Sequence record: DRR723986_13700
Reading direction: 5' to 3' (one strand)
DNA length: 64,000 nt
Shown here: positions 41,794 through 52,107 of the stretch, in pieces
Position numbering within the stretch: the first letter of the stretch is position 1
Layout of the letters: each line of letters opens with the position of its first letter
The notes under the pieces: model-generated
Seen by the model: the letters and a program-made list of their open reading frames with translations, nothing else
What the model was told of the DNA's origin: nothing
Databases searched by the model: none
Program-made: the position numbers and the translations under genes

Positions 41794-42086
41794 CTTTCTA
41801 GATCTTCTGGTGGCTGGATTGCTTCAGGATCATCATCCTCAAAATCTTCATAATCATCCACATCGTAATTCTCCATTGTTACAGCCAGTTTTGTACTAAC
41901 TTTTACTAAATACTTAGTATCTTCTGTGGTTACTTCGACAGCTTCTACCAATTCATTCTTGGCATTTTTAAATGATATGATATGACCATCATCATAACCC
42001 TACGGATACTTTTCAACGAGCAGCGCTAAAATTTCTGGTGTCAATTTTTTAAAGTCTACTATGACGCGCTTAAGATTGCTTTTCAT
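41790..42086 (-). pseudogene. Small acidic protein gene (98 codons) with an internal TAG; absent from the ORF track
   Basis: MKSNLKRVIVDFKKLTPEILALLVEKYP*GYDDGHIISFKNAKNELVEAVEVTTEDTKYLVKVSTKLAVTMENYDVDDYEDFEDDDPEAIQPPEDLES; TAG at 42002-42000; resembles a conserved small Bacteroidota protein. Confidence 0.75.
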
Positions 42087-42310
42087 GGTATTAGGATTAT
42101 AAAAAAACTATTTAATGCGTAATCGAAGTTGGTTTATTACAAATGACTTCATAGTAAATTTAGGTTTTTTTTCAACTCGTTTTACTTTTTTAATTTTTTT
42201 TACTTTAAAAAAGTAAACGATACCATTCTCAACTCTAGAGAGATTATATTGTTTTATTACCTTAGTCATATCCAAAGTTAAAACAAAACTAATTTCTGAA
42301 TTCTGCTGTT

Positions 42311-43702
42311 ATGAGGTATTCTCTATTAATATTCTTTTCATTAATATCACTCAATTTTTTCGGACAGAATAATGTTCTTAAGTACACGCTTTTACATGTA
42401 GAAAATTCTGATTTTGTAAAAGTTTCTATAGAATTTGATTCAATACATACCAATGCTTCCTATTTACAGATACCAAGAAGCGCTCCTGGAACTTATGAAA
42501 TTACTGAATACCCGAATTTTATAGAAGATGTTACTGCATTAACTCTCAATAATGAACGTATAAAGGGTCGAAGAGGTCAAGAGTCAATTTTCTTTTTTAA
42601 AGAAGCTACTCACATTTCGAAGATTGAATATAAAGTTAACATAGTTAAAATGGAAAATGAGCTCAAAGGTGGATTTGCAAGTTCAAAATTACGAGACCAG
42701 TATTTGGGTATATTAGGTTACTCGGTTTTTGGAACTATTCCAAATCTTAAGAATCAACCCATAGAATTAACTATTAGCAGTGATGCTCAATGGCCCATTT
42801 TCACCACATTTAATCCAACTCAACAATTTACAAATGAAACTACCATAACTGTGGATAATTACGCTATGCTAGCTGATGCACAATATCTATTGGGTAATGA
42901 TGTTCAAATTTTTAATGTTGAAGATGCCGAAATTCCATTAATAATTGCAGTTTATGCAGAAGACGATATAAATATTGAAGAAATTGGACGGCGTGCACTT
43001 CTCAGTCTTCAAGGTCTTTCAAATTATTTTGGCTATGTACCTATGCCTCACTACACACTATGTTATGAGTTTTTAAAACCATATAGCGATGAGCACAGCT
43101 ATGGGTTTTCAATGGAACATATGAATAGTATGACAGCAAGTTTACCTATCCAATCTACCATCATTGATTACGATCCTAATGCTAATATTAATAGTGTAAT
43201 ACATCATATGGGACATTCTTGGATTCCTTTACGTTCTTATGGTAAAGGTTATAGACCATTTGATTGGGCCGCAGCTCCTATTATTGAAACTATTTGGCTT
43301 AACGAAGGGTTTATATGGTATGTAATGAGTATTATAACCAACCAGCCAGATGTCATCAATTATTTTGAACGTACGATTAAATATGCACCAAAATATATAC
43401 AAGAAAAAAGTCTAAATGAACTTTCTCAATTAGGCTCTACGCAGTATTCAGGAGATTTTAATATTGGTAAAAATTTATTTTCAAGAGGTGCATTAATGGC
43501 AAAAGAAATGGACGATGCTATTAGAAAAGCTACCTATAACAAGCGTAGTTTTAAAGATGCATTATTAGGTTTACTAAAATGGACTGAAAAACATAATCGC
43601 GGATACAATTATGACGAAATTGAACCGATATTATCTACCTCTATTGAAACAAATTTAAGTGCTATTTGGAATAAATGGCAAGCACCAATTAAAAGCAATT
43701 AA
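42311..43702 (+). CDS. Exported M61-like (gluzincin) peptidase homologue with altered HExxH
   Basis: Signal peptide; PGTY, MEH..S, HHMGHSW, WLNEGF, RGAL motifs; no PDZ domain seen. Confidence 0.7.
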   Translation: MRYSLLIFFSLISLNFFGQNNVLKYTLLHVENSDFVKVSIEFDSIHTNASYLQIPRSAPGTYEITEYPNFIEDVTALTLNNERIKGRRGQESIFFFKEATHISKIEYKVNIVKMENELKGGFASSKLRDQYLGILGYSVFGTIPNLKNQPIELTISSDAQWPIFTTFNPTQQFTNETTITVDNYAMLADAQYLLGNDVQIFNVEDAEIPLIIAVYAEDDINIEEIGRRALLSLQGLSNYFGYVPMPHYTLCYEFLKPYSDEHSYGFSMEHMNSMTASLPIQSTIIDYDPNANINSVIHHMGHSWIPLRSYGKGYRPFDWAAAPIIETIWLNEGFIWYVMSIITNQPDVINYFERTIKYAPKYIQEKSLNELSQLGSTQYSGDFNIGKNLFSRGALMAKEMDDAIRKATYNKRSFKDALLGLLKWTEKHNRGYNYDEIEPILSTSIETNLSAIWNKWQAPIKSN

Positions 43703-43703
43703 C

Positions 43704-44543
43704 TTAAAGCATTTTAAGCGTATTAATCTCTTGAGTCGTTAAGTGTTTCCAATGTCCTCGTGGAATATCCTTTTTTGTTAAGTGACCAATCGCAACACAA
43801 TCTATTTTAACCAAATCATATTTTAGGGTTTCAAAAATTGTACGTAAAATGGTATTGCCAGTATTTTTAATTTTAACACCTATTTTGTTTTTAGTTTCAC
43901 CGTCAATATAACTGACTTCTTCAACTGTGATTAGTTTGCCCTCAACTTTAAAGCCTTCTTGAATCTTTTTTAAGTCTTCAAATTTTAAATTCTTATCTAA
44001 TTCTACCTGAAATAATCTTGTCACTCCAGTTTTAGAATTCGTAAATTTTTGAACAACTTTTTCGTCGTTAGTAAACAGCAATAAACCTAAAGAGTTTCTT
44101 CCTAATCTACCGATTGGTTTTATGTTAGCATTTGTCGCATTAGCCACAAGATCCATTACAGTTCTGCCTTTTCCTTCCGCCGTTGTAGTTGCAAATCCCT
44201 TTGGTTTGTTTAATAAGACATATACTTTTGCTTCTGGTGTAATGCGCTGTCCATCAAAACGAACTTCGTCTGTTCGCTTTACTTTATAACCCATTTCTGT
44301 AACCACTTTACCATTAACCGTTACTAGACCAATAGAAATGCTTTCATCAGCTTCTCTACGAGAACACATACCAGAGTTGGCTATGTATTTATTTAAACGA
44401 ATCTCATCTGGGTTTGATGATTGTTTAGACTGTGTTTTCTTCTTATAAGGAGCATTACCTCTGGCAAAACTTTTAGTTTTACTATTAGCATTTCCTCTTC
44501 CTGAAGCTTTTCCTTTTCCTTTGCTATCTTGATGTCTGCTCAT
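43704..44543 (-). CDS. S4-domain RsuA/RluB-family pseudouridine synthase homologue lacking the catalytic Asp
   Basis: RLNKYIANSGMCSRREAD, LLNKPKG, GRLGRNSLGLLLFTND; TACCTTTG promoter element at 44565-44558. Confidence 0.82.
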   Translation of the reverse strand: MSRHQDSKGKGKASGRGNANSKTKSFARGNAPYKKKTQSKQSSNPDEIRLNKYIANSGMCSRREADESISIGLVTVNGKVVTEMGYKVKRTDEVRFDGQRITPEAKVYVLLNKPKGFATTTAEGKGRTVMDLVANATNANIKPIGRLGRNSLGLLLFTNDEKVVQKFTNSKTGVTRLFQVELDKNLKFEDLKKIQEGFKVEGKLITVEEVSYIDGETKNKIGVKIKNTGNTILRTIFETLKYDLVKIDCVAIGHLTKKDIPRGHWKHLTTQEINTLKML

Positions 44544-44584
44544 GTTTTAATTTTTTGCAAAGGTATAAGAATAGTTAAGATTAA

Positions 44585-45532
44585 CTACTTAATTTCAACA
44601 GTAGTTTGACGCTCCGTATTTACAACAAGCTTTGTGACGTCTGGTCTAGAATAATGGCCAACCGGATCAAAGTTTTGACGTTCTTCTAAAACACGATTAA
44701 AATCTATTGTTTGAACAATTAAGCCTTCTTTGTGCAACACTGGTTCTACAATCCATTCTCCATCTGGTCCTGCAATACAACTACCACCATTAGCAAGAGT
44801 ATCAGGTGCTGTTTCAAGAATTTTATCTAAATGAGGTGTCTCTTCAGGAAAGTCAGATTTAGACATTAATGCCGAAACAGAGACTACAAACGAACGCGAT
44901 TCTCTAGCAATAAAGCGAGTTATATCTTTTGTATTATGATCACTACCTGGCCATACAGCAATATGTAAATTTTCACCTTGCCCATATAGAGCTGTTCTTG
45001 GTAGAGGCATCCAATTTTCCCAACAATTTAATCCTCCAACTGTAAATGCCTTAAGTGAATGCACTTTAAGACCATTGCCATCGCCTGGTGCCCAAGTTAA
45101 GCGTTCATCGTATGTTGGCTGAAGTTTTCTGTGTACAGATTTGATATCACCTTCTTCATTGATATATACTAAAGATGCATAGATACTATGACCACCTCTA
45201 TCAGTTGGTCGCTCCATAATCCCTAAATACACTGCTATTTTATGTTTCTTTGCTAATTGACAAACTGAATCTAATTCACCCTTTTCTATACAAATAGCAT
45301 TATTTACGTAATGTGCATGTAATGCTTTATTTACATCTGTATTCCATTCTGCACCGCCTGTTAAAGCCAACCAAAATGGATAACCTGGTAATAGTGCTTC
45401 TCCAAAAACTATAAGCTCACAATGATCTTTGGCAGCATCTCTAATAGAAGTTTCAATTTTATATAATGTCGCACTTTTATCTAACCATACTGGTGCGATT
45501 TGTGCCATGGCAATCTTTAGGCTCGTATTCAT
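44585..45532 (-). CDS. Nitrilase / carbon-nitrogen hydrolase
   Basis: E-K-C triad: FGEAL, HRKLQPT, NCWENW; FDPVGHYSRPD. Confidence 0.9.
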   Translation of the reverse strand: MNTSLKIAMAQIAPVWLDKSATLYKIETSIRDAAKDHCELIVFGEALLPGYPFWLALTGGAEWNTDVNKALHAHYVNNAICIEKGELDSVCQLAKKHKIAVYLGIMERPTDRGGHSIYASLVYINEEGDIKSVHRKLQPTYDERLTWAPGDGNGLKVHSLKAFTVGGLNCWENWMPLPRTALYGQGENLHIAVWPGSDHNTKDITRFIARESRSFVVSVSALMSKSDFPEETPHLDKILETAPDTLANGGSCIAGPDGEWIVEPVLHKEGLIVQTIDFNRVLEERQNFDPVGHYSRPDVTKLVVNTERQTTVEIK

Positions 45533-46435
45533 TTAAATGCGGTTTAAAACGATAGACATATCAATTAATAATATAGAAAATACACCTGCAACAATAATAA
45601 ACTTTAGAATGTTGTGCAGTATAAGATAATGTGTTTTACTGTTTGATCTCCAAAGGATAAATAGAAAAAGAAAAAGTAGAAAAATGCTCAAATAAAAGAA
45701 ATAATACATTTGACCAATCTTAAAATAAAAAATGAGCACAAATGCAGATACAATAGTTAATAAGGCTACTACAGTCAACATGTATTTAGAAACTTTCTCA
45801 CCATAAACTACAGGAACCGTTCGATAGTTAAGTGCTAAATCCCCTTTAATATTTTCCAAATCTTTAGCCAATTCTCGCATAGATACTAATAAGAACAAAA
45901 ACAATGCATGACCAAATACGACTAATTCAAAATTTTGATAATAAATAAATATGGCGAAAAAAGGTGTCACGGTAAGTATTGCAGATACAATATTTCCAGT
46001 CATTGGTTGCTTTTTTAATCGATGTGAATAAAACCAAATGGCAAAAATGTATAGCGCAAAAAATAACACGGCCTTAAAAGAGACATAACTTGCAAAAACA
46101 ACTGCTAAAAAATTAAGAACAAAGTAAAAAGATAATTTAGTGTTTTGACTCACTAACCTATCTAGCATAGTCTTAGTAGGCTTATTAATTAAGTCTTTTT
46201 CTGAGTCGTAAAAGTTGTTTATGATATAACCGGCCGCAATAGTTGCCGAAGACGCCAAGACAAGCATAAGTAAGTTTAAATCAAATAATACAGATTTAAC
46301 TGGCTTATCGTGTGCAAAAATGTAGACTGAAGCTAAATATTGGGCAATTACAACAATAAGAATGTTGTAACCACGGACAACAGAAAACAAACTGAAAAAT
46401 TTTAGGAGAATATGTTTCTGCCGTCTCGATAACAT
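45533..46435 (-). CDS. UbiA-family prenyltransferase (DGGGP-synthase-like)
   Basis: GYIINNFYD...D.INKP, RELAKDLENIKGD...TVP; polytopic. Confidence 0.82.
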   Translation of the reverse strand: MLSRRQKHILLKFFSLFSVVRGYNILIVVIAQYLASVYIFAHDKPVKSVLFDLNLLMLVLASSATIAAGYIINNFYDSEKDLINKPTKTMLDRLVSQNTKLSFYFVLNFLAVVFASYVSFKAVLFFALYIFAIWFYSHRLKKQPMTGNIVSAILTVTPFFAIFIYYQNFELVVFGHALFLFLLVSMRELAKDLENIKGDLALNYRTVPVVYGEKVSKYMLTVVALLTIVSAFVLIFYFKIGQMYYFFYLSIFLLFLFLFILWRSNSKTHYLILHNILKFIIVAGVFSILLIDMSIVLNRI

Positions 46436-46486
46436 GAATTAAAATGAAAGTTTGTTATCCTGTTAAAAAGATCAGGATGAGATTAG

Positions 46487-47416
46487 TTAAAAATTGTATA
46501 CAACTTCTAACTTCTGCCCTTTCAAAGCTTCTTTTGCCCTGTCTATATTTTCTGTAAACCCTAGGATATACCCTCCGCCACCAGAGCCGCATAGTTTTAA
46601 GTAATAATCGTTAGTTTCAATACCTTTTTTCCAAAGCTCATGAAATTGCTTTGGTATCATTGGCTTAAAATTATTCAATACTACTTTAGAAAGTTGTTTT
46701 GTGTTCTTAAATAGAGACTTAATATCGCCTTTTAGGAAATCATCAACACAAGCATCAGTATGCTTTATAAATTGGTCCTTAAGCATACTACGGAACCCTT
46801 CGTTCTTCATGTTTTCCATAAAAATACTGACCATCGGCGCTGTTTCGCCAACTATACCACTATCTAATAAAAACACAGCTCCTTTACCTTCTGCTTTCTG
46901 AGAAGGAATACCAGTTGCTTCAATATTATCTTTAGAATTTATTAAAATTGGAAGGCTTAAATAACTGTTTAAAGGATCTAAACCAGAAGATTTACCATGG
47001 AAAAACGATTCCATTGCTGAGAAAATTGCTTTTAATTTTAAAAGTTTTTCTCGTGTTAAGTTTTCTAACACTGTTATTTTATCAGTTGCATACTTGTCGT
47101 AAATAGCTGCAACCAATGCTCCACTACTTCCAACACCATATCCTTGTGGTATCGAAGAATCAAAGTACATACCAGCATCAACATCATTTTGAAGCTTAGC
47201 AATGTCAAAAGTCACTAAATCCCTGTCTAAATCCTTAAGGTAATCGGTAAAACGCTTTAAACTTTCGTTAGATTGAATAGCTTCTCTAGTAGGATTTTCA
47301 TCCACTTTTAATGCACCATTGTAAAAGTTATAAGGAATAGATAGCCCTTTTGAGTCTTTGATGATTCCGTATTCACCGAATAATAGAATCTTTGAATAAA
47401 ATAGTGGTCCTTTCAT
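46487..47416 (-). CDS. mvk: Mevalonate kinase
   Basis: KILLFGEY, GHMP motif IPQGYGVGSSGA, HGKSSGLD, KLCGSGGGG. Confidence 0.88.
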   Translation of the reverse strand: MKGPLFYSKILLFGEYGIIKDSKGLSIPYNFYNGALKVDENPTREAIQSNESLKRFTDYLKDLDRDLVTFDIAKLQNDVDAGMYFDSSIPQGYGVGSSGALVAAIYDKYATDKITVLENLTREKLLKLKAIFSAMESFFHGKSSGLDPLNSYLSLPILINSKDNIEATGIPSQKAEGKGAVFLLDSGIVGETAPMVSIFMENMKNEGFRSMLKDQFIKHTDACVDDFLKGDIKSLFKNTKQLSKVVLNNFKPMIPKQFHELWKKGIETNDYYLKLCGSGGGGYILGFTENIDRAKEALKGQKLEVVYNF

Positions 47417-47439
47417 ATGTTTTTTGAGGTTGGATTTGG

Positions 47440-48513
47440 CTACAACCGTTTAGCACCAATACCAACACTATCACAAATATAGTGACCGTTTTGGCAATAT
47501 GCAACTAACTCAGTCTTAATGAATTCATAAACTTTTGATTCTTCGGCTTTTGGAAATAAGACGTGTACGTTGGCACCTGCATCTAAAGTAAAGCAAATAT
47601 TAGATTCATTTTCGGCTCTATATTTCCAAATTTTATTGATTATTTGAAGCGTATTTGGTTTCATTAAAATAAAATAAGGCATACTCGTCATCATCATAGC
47701 ATGCAAGGTTAAAGCCTCACTTTCTACAACTTTAACAAAGGACTTTAAATCGCCTGAAGCCAATATAGATTTAAGTTTCCCTATGTTTTCATGTGCTTGA
47801 GCAAATCGCTCTTTTGCATAAGGATGACCATACATTAATTTGTGCCCAACAGTGCTACTGACTTGTTTCTCACCTTTATCAACCAATAAAATCGCATCCT
47901 GATAGTCTTTAAAGTTTTCATGAACTTCTCCATCATACTTAACACCAAACAAGTCTGAACTCTCAGTGCTATCATTATTTCCCCAAACAACAAGTTCTCC
48001 TTCGATACTTCTGCATGCACTGCCTGATCCTAAACGCGCTAAAAAAGATGCTTTCCTATTAAAAAAGTCTTTTTTATAATTAGCACCAAGTTCTTCTTCA
48101 ATACTCATCAAACACAACGCTAAGGCACTCATACCTGACGCTGAAGAGGCTATACCAGAACTATGAGGAAATGTATTAGAAGTTTCAATTTTAAAATGAA
48201 AATCTCTTAAAAAAGGCAGGTAAGCTTCAACTCTTTCAAAAAAAATTTGAATTTTGGGTTTAAAGGCTTCGTTTTTTTCACCTTCAAAATAAACATCGAA
48301 ACTAAAATCATCTCCAGATTTTTTAGTGTATGTAACCTCAGTAATAGTTTTGCAATCTGAAAGTGTAAAACTAATGGATGGATTCTCTGGAATTTGATTA
48401 TCTCGTTTTCCCCAATATTTAACCAATGCAATATTACTTGGTGAAGACCATTTTACGGATCCGTTCTTAATATCTGAACTATACGATGATAGAATAAAAT
48501 CTTTTTCTGTCAT
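47440..48513 (-). CDS. mvaD: Diphosphomevalonate decarboxylase
   Basis: NIALVKYWGK, GIASSAS, RLGSGSACRS, TLDAGANVH. Confidence 0.92.
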   Translation of the reverse strand: MTEKDFILSSYSSDIKNGSVKWSSPSNIALVKYWGKRDNQIPENPSISFTLSDCKTITEVTYTKKSGDDFSFDVYFEGEKNEAFKPKIQIFFERVEAYLPFLRDFHFKIETSNTFPHSSGIASSASGMSALALCLMSIEEELGANYKKDFFNRKASFLARLGSGSACRSIEGELVVWGNNDSTESSDLFGVKYDGEVHENFKDYQDAILLVDKGEKQVSSTVGHKLMYGHPYAKERFAQAHENIGKLKSILASGDLKSFVKVVESEALTLHAMMMTSMPYFILMKPNTLQIINKIWKYRAENESNICFTLDAGANVHVLFPKAEESKVYEFIKTELVAYCQNGHYICDSVGIGAKRL

Positions 48514-48548
48514 GATTTCTTGAAATCTGCTGTAAAAATAGAGAAATT

Positions 48549-49097
48549 CTAATGGTTAGCTTCACTTTCTGTTGCCAGGCTAATCAATTTTAGCATAGTT
48601 TTATAATTTCTTGCTGTAGCTTGGACTGCTAACTTTTTTTCAAAGAGGGCTAAACTAAACTTTGCTCTTCCATAACCATTGGCGCAATAAAAATAAAGAC
48701 AGTCATCTATTATTTGGTAATACTCATTCTCGTATGTCTTTTTAGAGGCTTCAGCAATATATTCTTCAGTAGGACTTGCATTCAATATCGCAAAATAGCT
48801 CTTCTCCTTTTCGTCTTTCGGAAATGGACAACGATTAAAAATAGTATTTAATTGTTCTTTGGTTCTTACCAGAACTGGCACATCAAAATCAAATTTATCT
48901 TTTATGGCTTTTTTTATTAATTGCTCCATAGCCAATGGATTTCTTTCATCAGATTGAAGACAAACATTTCCACTTTGTATGTAAGTCTTTACATTCTTAA
49001 AACCGATCTTAGTGAGCATATCTCTTAAATCAGCCATAGGTATTTTACGATGACCACCAACATTTATACCTCTTAGTAATGCAATATATGTTTTCAT
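48549..49097 (-). CDS. DUF1697-family protein
   Basis: ALLRGINVGG, VKTYIQSGNV, TARNYKT. Confidence 0.88.
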   Translation of the reverse strand: MKTYIALLRGINVGGHRKIPMADLRDMLTKIGFKNVKTYIQSGNVCLQSDERNPLAMEQLIKKAIKDKFDFDVPVLVRTKEQLNTIFNRCPFPKDEKEKSYFAILNASPTEEYIAEASKKTYENEYYQIIDDCLYFYCANGYGRAKFSLALFEKKLAVQATARNYKTMLKLISLATESEANH

Positions 49098-50311
49098 TAT
49101 TTAGCTATTGATTGTGATACGATATAAGCACCTGTCCAAGCATTCTGAAAGTTAAATCCACCCGTAACAGCATCTACATTGATAACTTCACCAGCAAAGT
49201 ACAAATTTGAAATTCGTTTACTCTCAAACGATTTAAAGTTAACTTCTCTTAAATCTACACCACCTGCAGTTACAAATTCTTCTTTAAATGTACTTTTCCC
49301 AGTGACCTGAAAAACAGCATTTGTCAATTGCATGGTCAAATTTTCTAACTGCACTTTATTTATATCTGCCCAACGCTCATTATCATTGATATTCGATGCC
49401 AGAACTAGCTGTTTCCAAAGTCGTTTTGGTAAATTAAACTTCGATGTGTTCACCACTGCCTTCTTTGCATATTCTTGTTTGAAGTCTTTGAGCTGGCCTA
49501 GACAAGCTTCAAAATCTAGTTTAATAAAATTAACTTCAATCTCAAAGTTATAATTGAGCTTAGCGAGTTCTATAGCACCAAAGGCAGACAACTTTAAAAT
49601 AGCTGGTGCACTCATACCAACATGTGTTATTAGCAATGGTCCTTCTGAAACTAAATCAGTTCCAATAACCTTTACTTCAACATCTTTAGCAACAACACCT
49701 GGAATTTCTTTGATGCGTTGATCTTTGATATCAAATGTAAAAAGTGATGGTATAGGTTGAACAATAGTGTGACCTAAATCTTCAAGAAGTTTCCAAATTT
49801 TAGGGTTACTTCCGGTAGCTACAACTAATTTATCACATTCAATTATACCTTGGGAGGTTTCAATTGAAAAGTCATTTTCTCCAGCAGTCATAGCTTTTAC
49901 AGCATGGTTATAAAACACCTCAACCTTATGTTTTTTTGCTTCATTCAAAAAACAGTCAATAATAGTTTGAGACGAATTTGAAACCGGAAACATTCTGCCG
50001 TCATCTTCAATCTTAAGCTCAACTCCATGTTCTTCAAACCAAGCCACAGTATCTCCAGTCATAAACGTATGGAAAGGTCCTAATAGCTCTTTTTCGCCTC
50101 TTGGATAATTAAGTACTAATTCCGAAGGAATAAACTCGGCATGAGTGACATTACAACGACCTCCACCAGAAATTTTTACTTTTTGCAAGCCTTCTTTACC
50201 ACGTTCTAAAATCACGACAGACAAGTTAGGATAGTGTTCTGCTATATTAATTGCCGCAAAAAAACCAGCTGCCCCACCACCAATAATTACAATATCATAT
50301 TTGTCTATCAC
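49097..50311 (-). CDS. HI0933/BaiN-like flavoprotein oxidoreductase
   Basis: GGGAAG, KVKISGGGRCNVT, GRMFP, VTAGGV, TGGFNFQNAW. Confidence 0.9.
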   Translation of the reverse strand: MIDKYDIVIIGGGAAGFFAAINIAEHYPNLSVVILERGKEGLQKVKISGGGRCNVTHAEFIPSELVLNYPRGEKELLGPFHTFMTGDTVAWFEEHGVELKIEDDGRMFPVSNSSQTIIDCFLNEAKKHKVEVFYNHAVKAMTAGENDFSIETSQGIIECDKLVVATGSNPKIWKLLEDLGHTIVQPIPSLFTFDIKDQRIKEIPGVVAKDVEVKVIGTDLVSEGPLLITHVGMSAPAILKLSAFGAIELAKLNYNFEIEVNFIKLDFEACLGQLKDFKQEYAKKAVVNTSKFNLPKRLWKQLVLASNINDNERWADINKVQLENLTMQLTNAVFQVTGKSTFKEEFVTAGGVDLREVNFKSFESKRISNLYFAGEVINVDAVTGGFNFQNAWTGAYIVSQSIAK

Positions 50312-50364
50312 TATTTTGTTTTAAATCGTTTTATTAATTTCAACAAGCCAAAAGTCACTCAACA

Positions 50365-51927
50365 CTAAGAACTACAGGAAAGCATAGAGCACCCTACTTT
50401 ATGTTTGGCCCAGTCCGGACGTTTAGAAAACCATTTTTCATTTTCTGGTTGCTCGTCGTAAGGCCTTTTTAGCAATTGAAACAACTCATCAATTAATTTA
50501 TAATCGCCTTTATTAGCATCATCAATCGTGAGTTGTGCCATATAATTTCTAAGCACATATTTAGGATTGACAGCGTTCATCTTACTTCGCCTCTCATAGT
50601 CTGAAAGCGTCTCTAATTGTAGTCTTTGATCATAAGACCTAAACCATTCTTGCCAGTCTTCTTGGATTTTTCCAGTTATTTCGTCTGGTTGATATAATGC
50701 ACTAAAAACAATTTTAAAACCAGAGTCAAAATCACCTTTTTTATAGTTTGATAGTAATCTAAAAAAAATGGTCATATCAGTCTCAGTTAGTCTAAGACAT
50801 TCTTCTAGTTTAGTAATTAATTCTGTGTCTTTAAAATTATTAATCTGCAACCCTATTTTAGATCGCATCATGTTTAAAAAATCTATATCAAAGTCTATTT
50901 GATATTGATTTAAAATAGCTTCTAAGGGTTCTGCTTCATCGATTAGTGGATATAACGCATTTGCCAGTTGCAATAAATTCCATAAACCAATATTAGGCTG
51001 ATTACCAAAACGATAACGTTTGTTTTGTTTGTCTGTAGTATTTGGTGTCCATCCAAAATCAAAACCTTCTAACCAGCCATAAGGGCCATAATCAATTGTT
51101 AGACCAAGAATTGACATATTATCAGTATTCATAACACCGTGAACAAAACCAACACGTTGCCAATGAATAATCATTTCTAAGGTTCTTTTTGTAACTTTTT
51201 CAAAGAATTTTATATAGGTCTCCTTTGATGGTACACCAAGCTCAGGATAAAAGTATTTTATAGTATAATCTGTTAGTTTTTTTAAATTATCATAATCCTG
51301 TCTGGCAGCAAACAATTCAAAACTACCAAAACGAATAAACGAAGGTGATACTCTGCATACTATTGCACCTTTTTCGTAATCTGTATTACCATCATAAAGC
51401 ATGTCTCGTAATACTTTATCACCAGATAGCATTAAACTTAAAGCCCTTGTTGTTGGCACACCCAGATGATGCATTGCTTCACTACATAAATACTCTCTAA
51501 TTGAAGATCTTAATACGGCCAATCCATCACCTTGTCTTGAATAAGGTGTCTCTCCTGCTCCTTTTAATTGCAGAGCCCACCTTTTATCTCTATGTACTAT
51601 TTCGAACAAATTTATAGCTCTTCCATCTCCAAGCTGTCCTGCCCAATTACCAAACTGATGTCCTGCATAAGCCATAGCATAAGGTTTGGTTTTTGGCAAA
51701 ATTTTAGAACCAGAAAACACATTTAAAAAATCCGGGGATTGAACATCTGTTAGATCAAGACCTAAGCTTTCTGCCATTTCTAATGAGGCATGAATCATTT
51801 TTGGGTCTGATGGTTTCTTAGGTGTTACATAAGAGTGCGTCGCTTCAAAAACTTTACGTCTCGAATTTTCGAGATTTGGATCTGAAGGGAGTTCTTTATT
51901 AAAGCTATCTGCTATTTTTAAATTCAT
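50365..51927 (-). CDS. selO: Protein adenylyltransferase SelO/YdiU (Cys form)
   Basis: YAGHQFG, LGDGRA, QLKGAG.TPYSR, HGVMNTDN, IDYGP, C-terminal SCSS. Confidence 0.92.
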   Translation of the reverse strand: MNLKIADSFNKELPSDPNLENSRRKVFEATHSYVTPKKPSDPKMIHASLEMAESLGLDLTDVQSPDFLNVFSGSKILPKTKPYAMAYAGHQFGNWAGQLGDGRAINLFEIVHRDKRWALQLKGAGETPYSRQGDGLAVLRSSIREYLCSEAMHHLGVPTTRALSLMLSGDKVLRDMLYDGNTDYEKGAIVCRVSPSFIRFGSFELFAARQDYDNLKKLTDYTIKYFYPELGVPSKETYIKFFEKVTKRTLEMIIHWQRVGFVHGVMNTDNMSILGLTIDYGPYGWLEGFDFGWTPNTTDKQNKRYRFGNQPNIGLWNLLQLANALYPLIDEAEPLEAILNQYQIDFDIDFLNMMRSKIGLQINNFKDTELITKLEECLRLTETDMTIFFRLLSNYKKGDFDSGFKIVFSALYQPDEITGKIQEDWQEWFRSYDQRLQLETLSDYERRSKMNAVNPKYVLRNYMAQLTIDDANKGDYKLIDELFQLLKRPYDEQPENEKWFSKRPDWAKHKVGCSMLSCSS

Positions 51928-52107
51928 GAAATGAATCTGGTAATTTCGTTGGTTGAAATGTTATTTGATTTTTGTCGACAAAGACTAAAAAACATTACAA
52001 GTTGTCTGCTTTATAAAAATACAATTTCATTAGCATAGATGCGCTAATTAAATGTTAAGTCTTGTATTTTTTGTAATTTAGACCTAATTCTAAAATCTAA
52101 AATCTTT

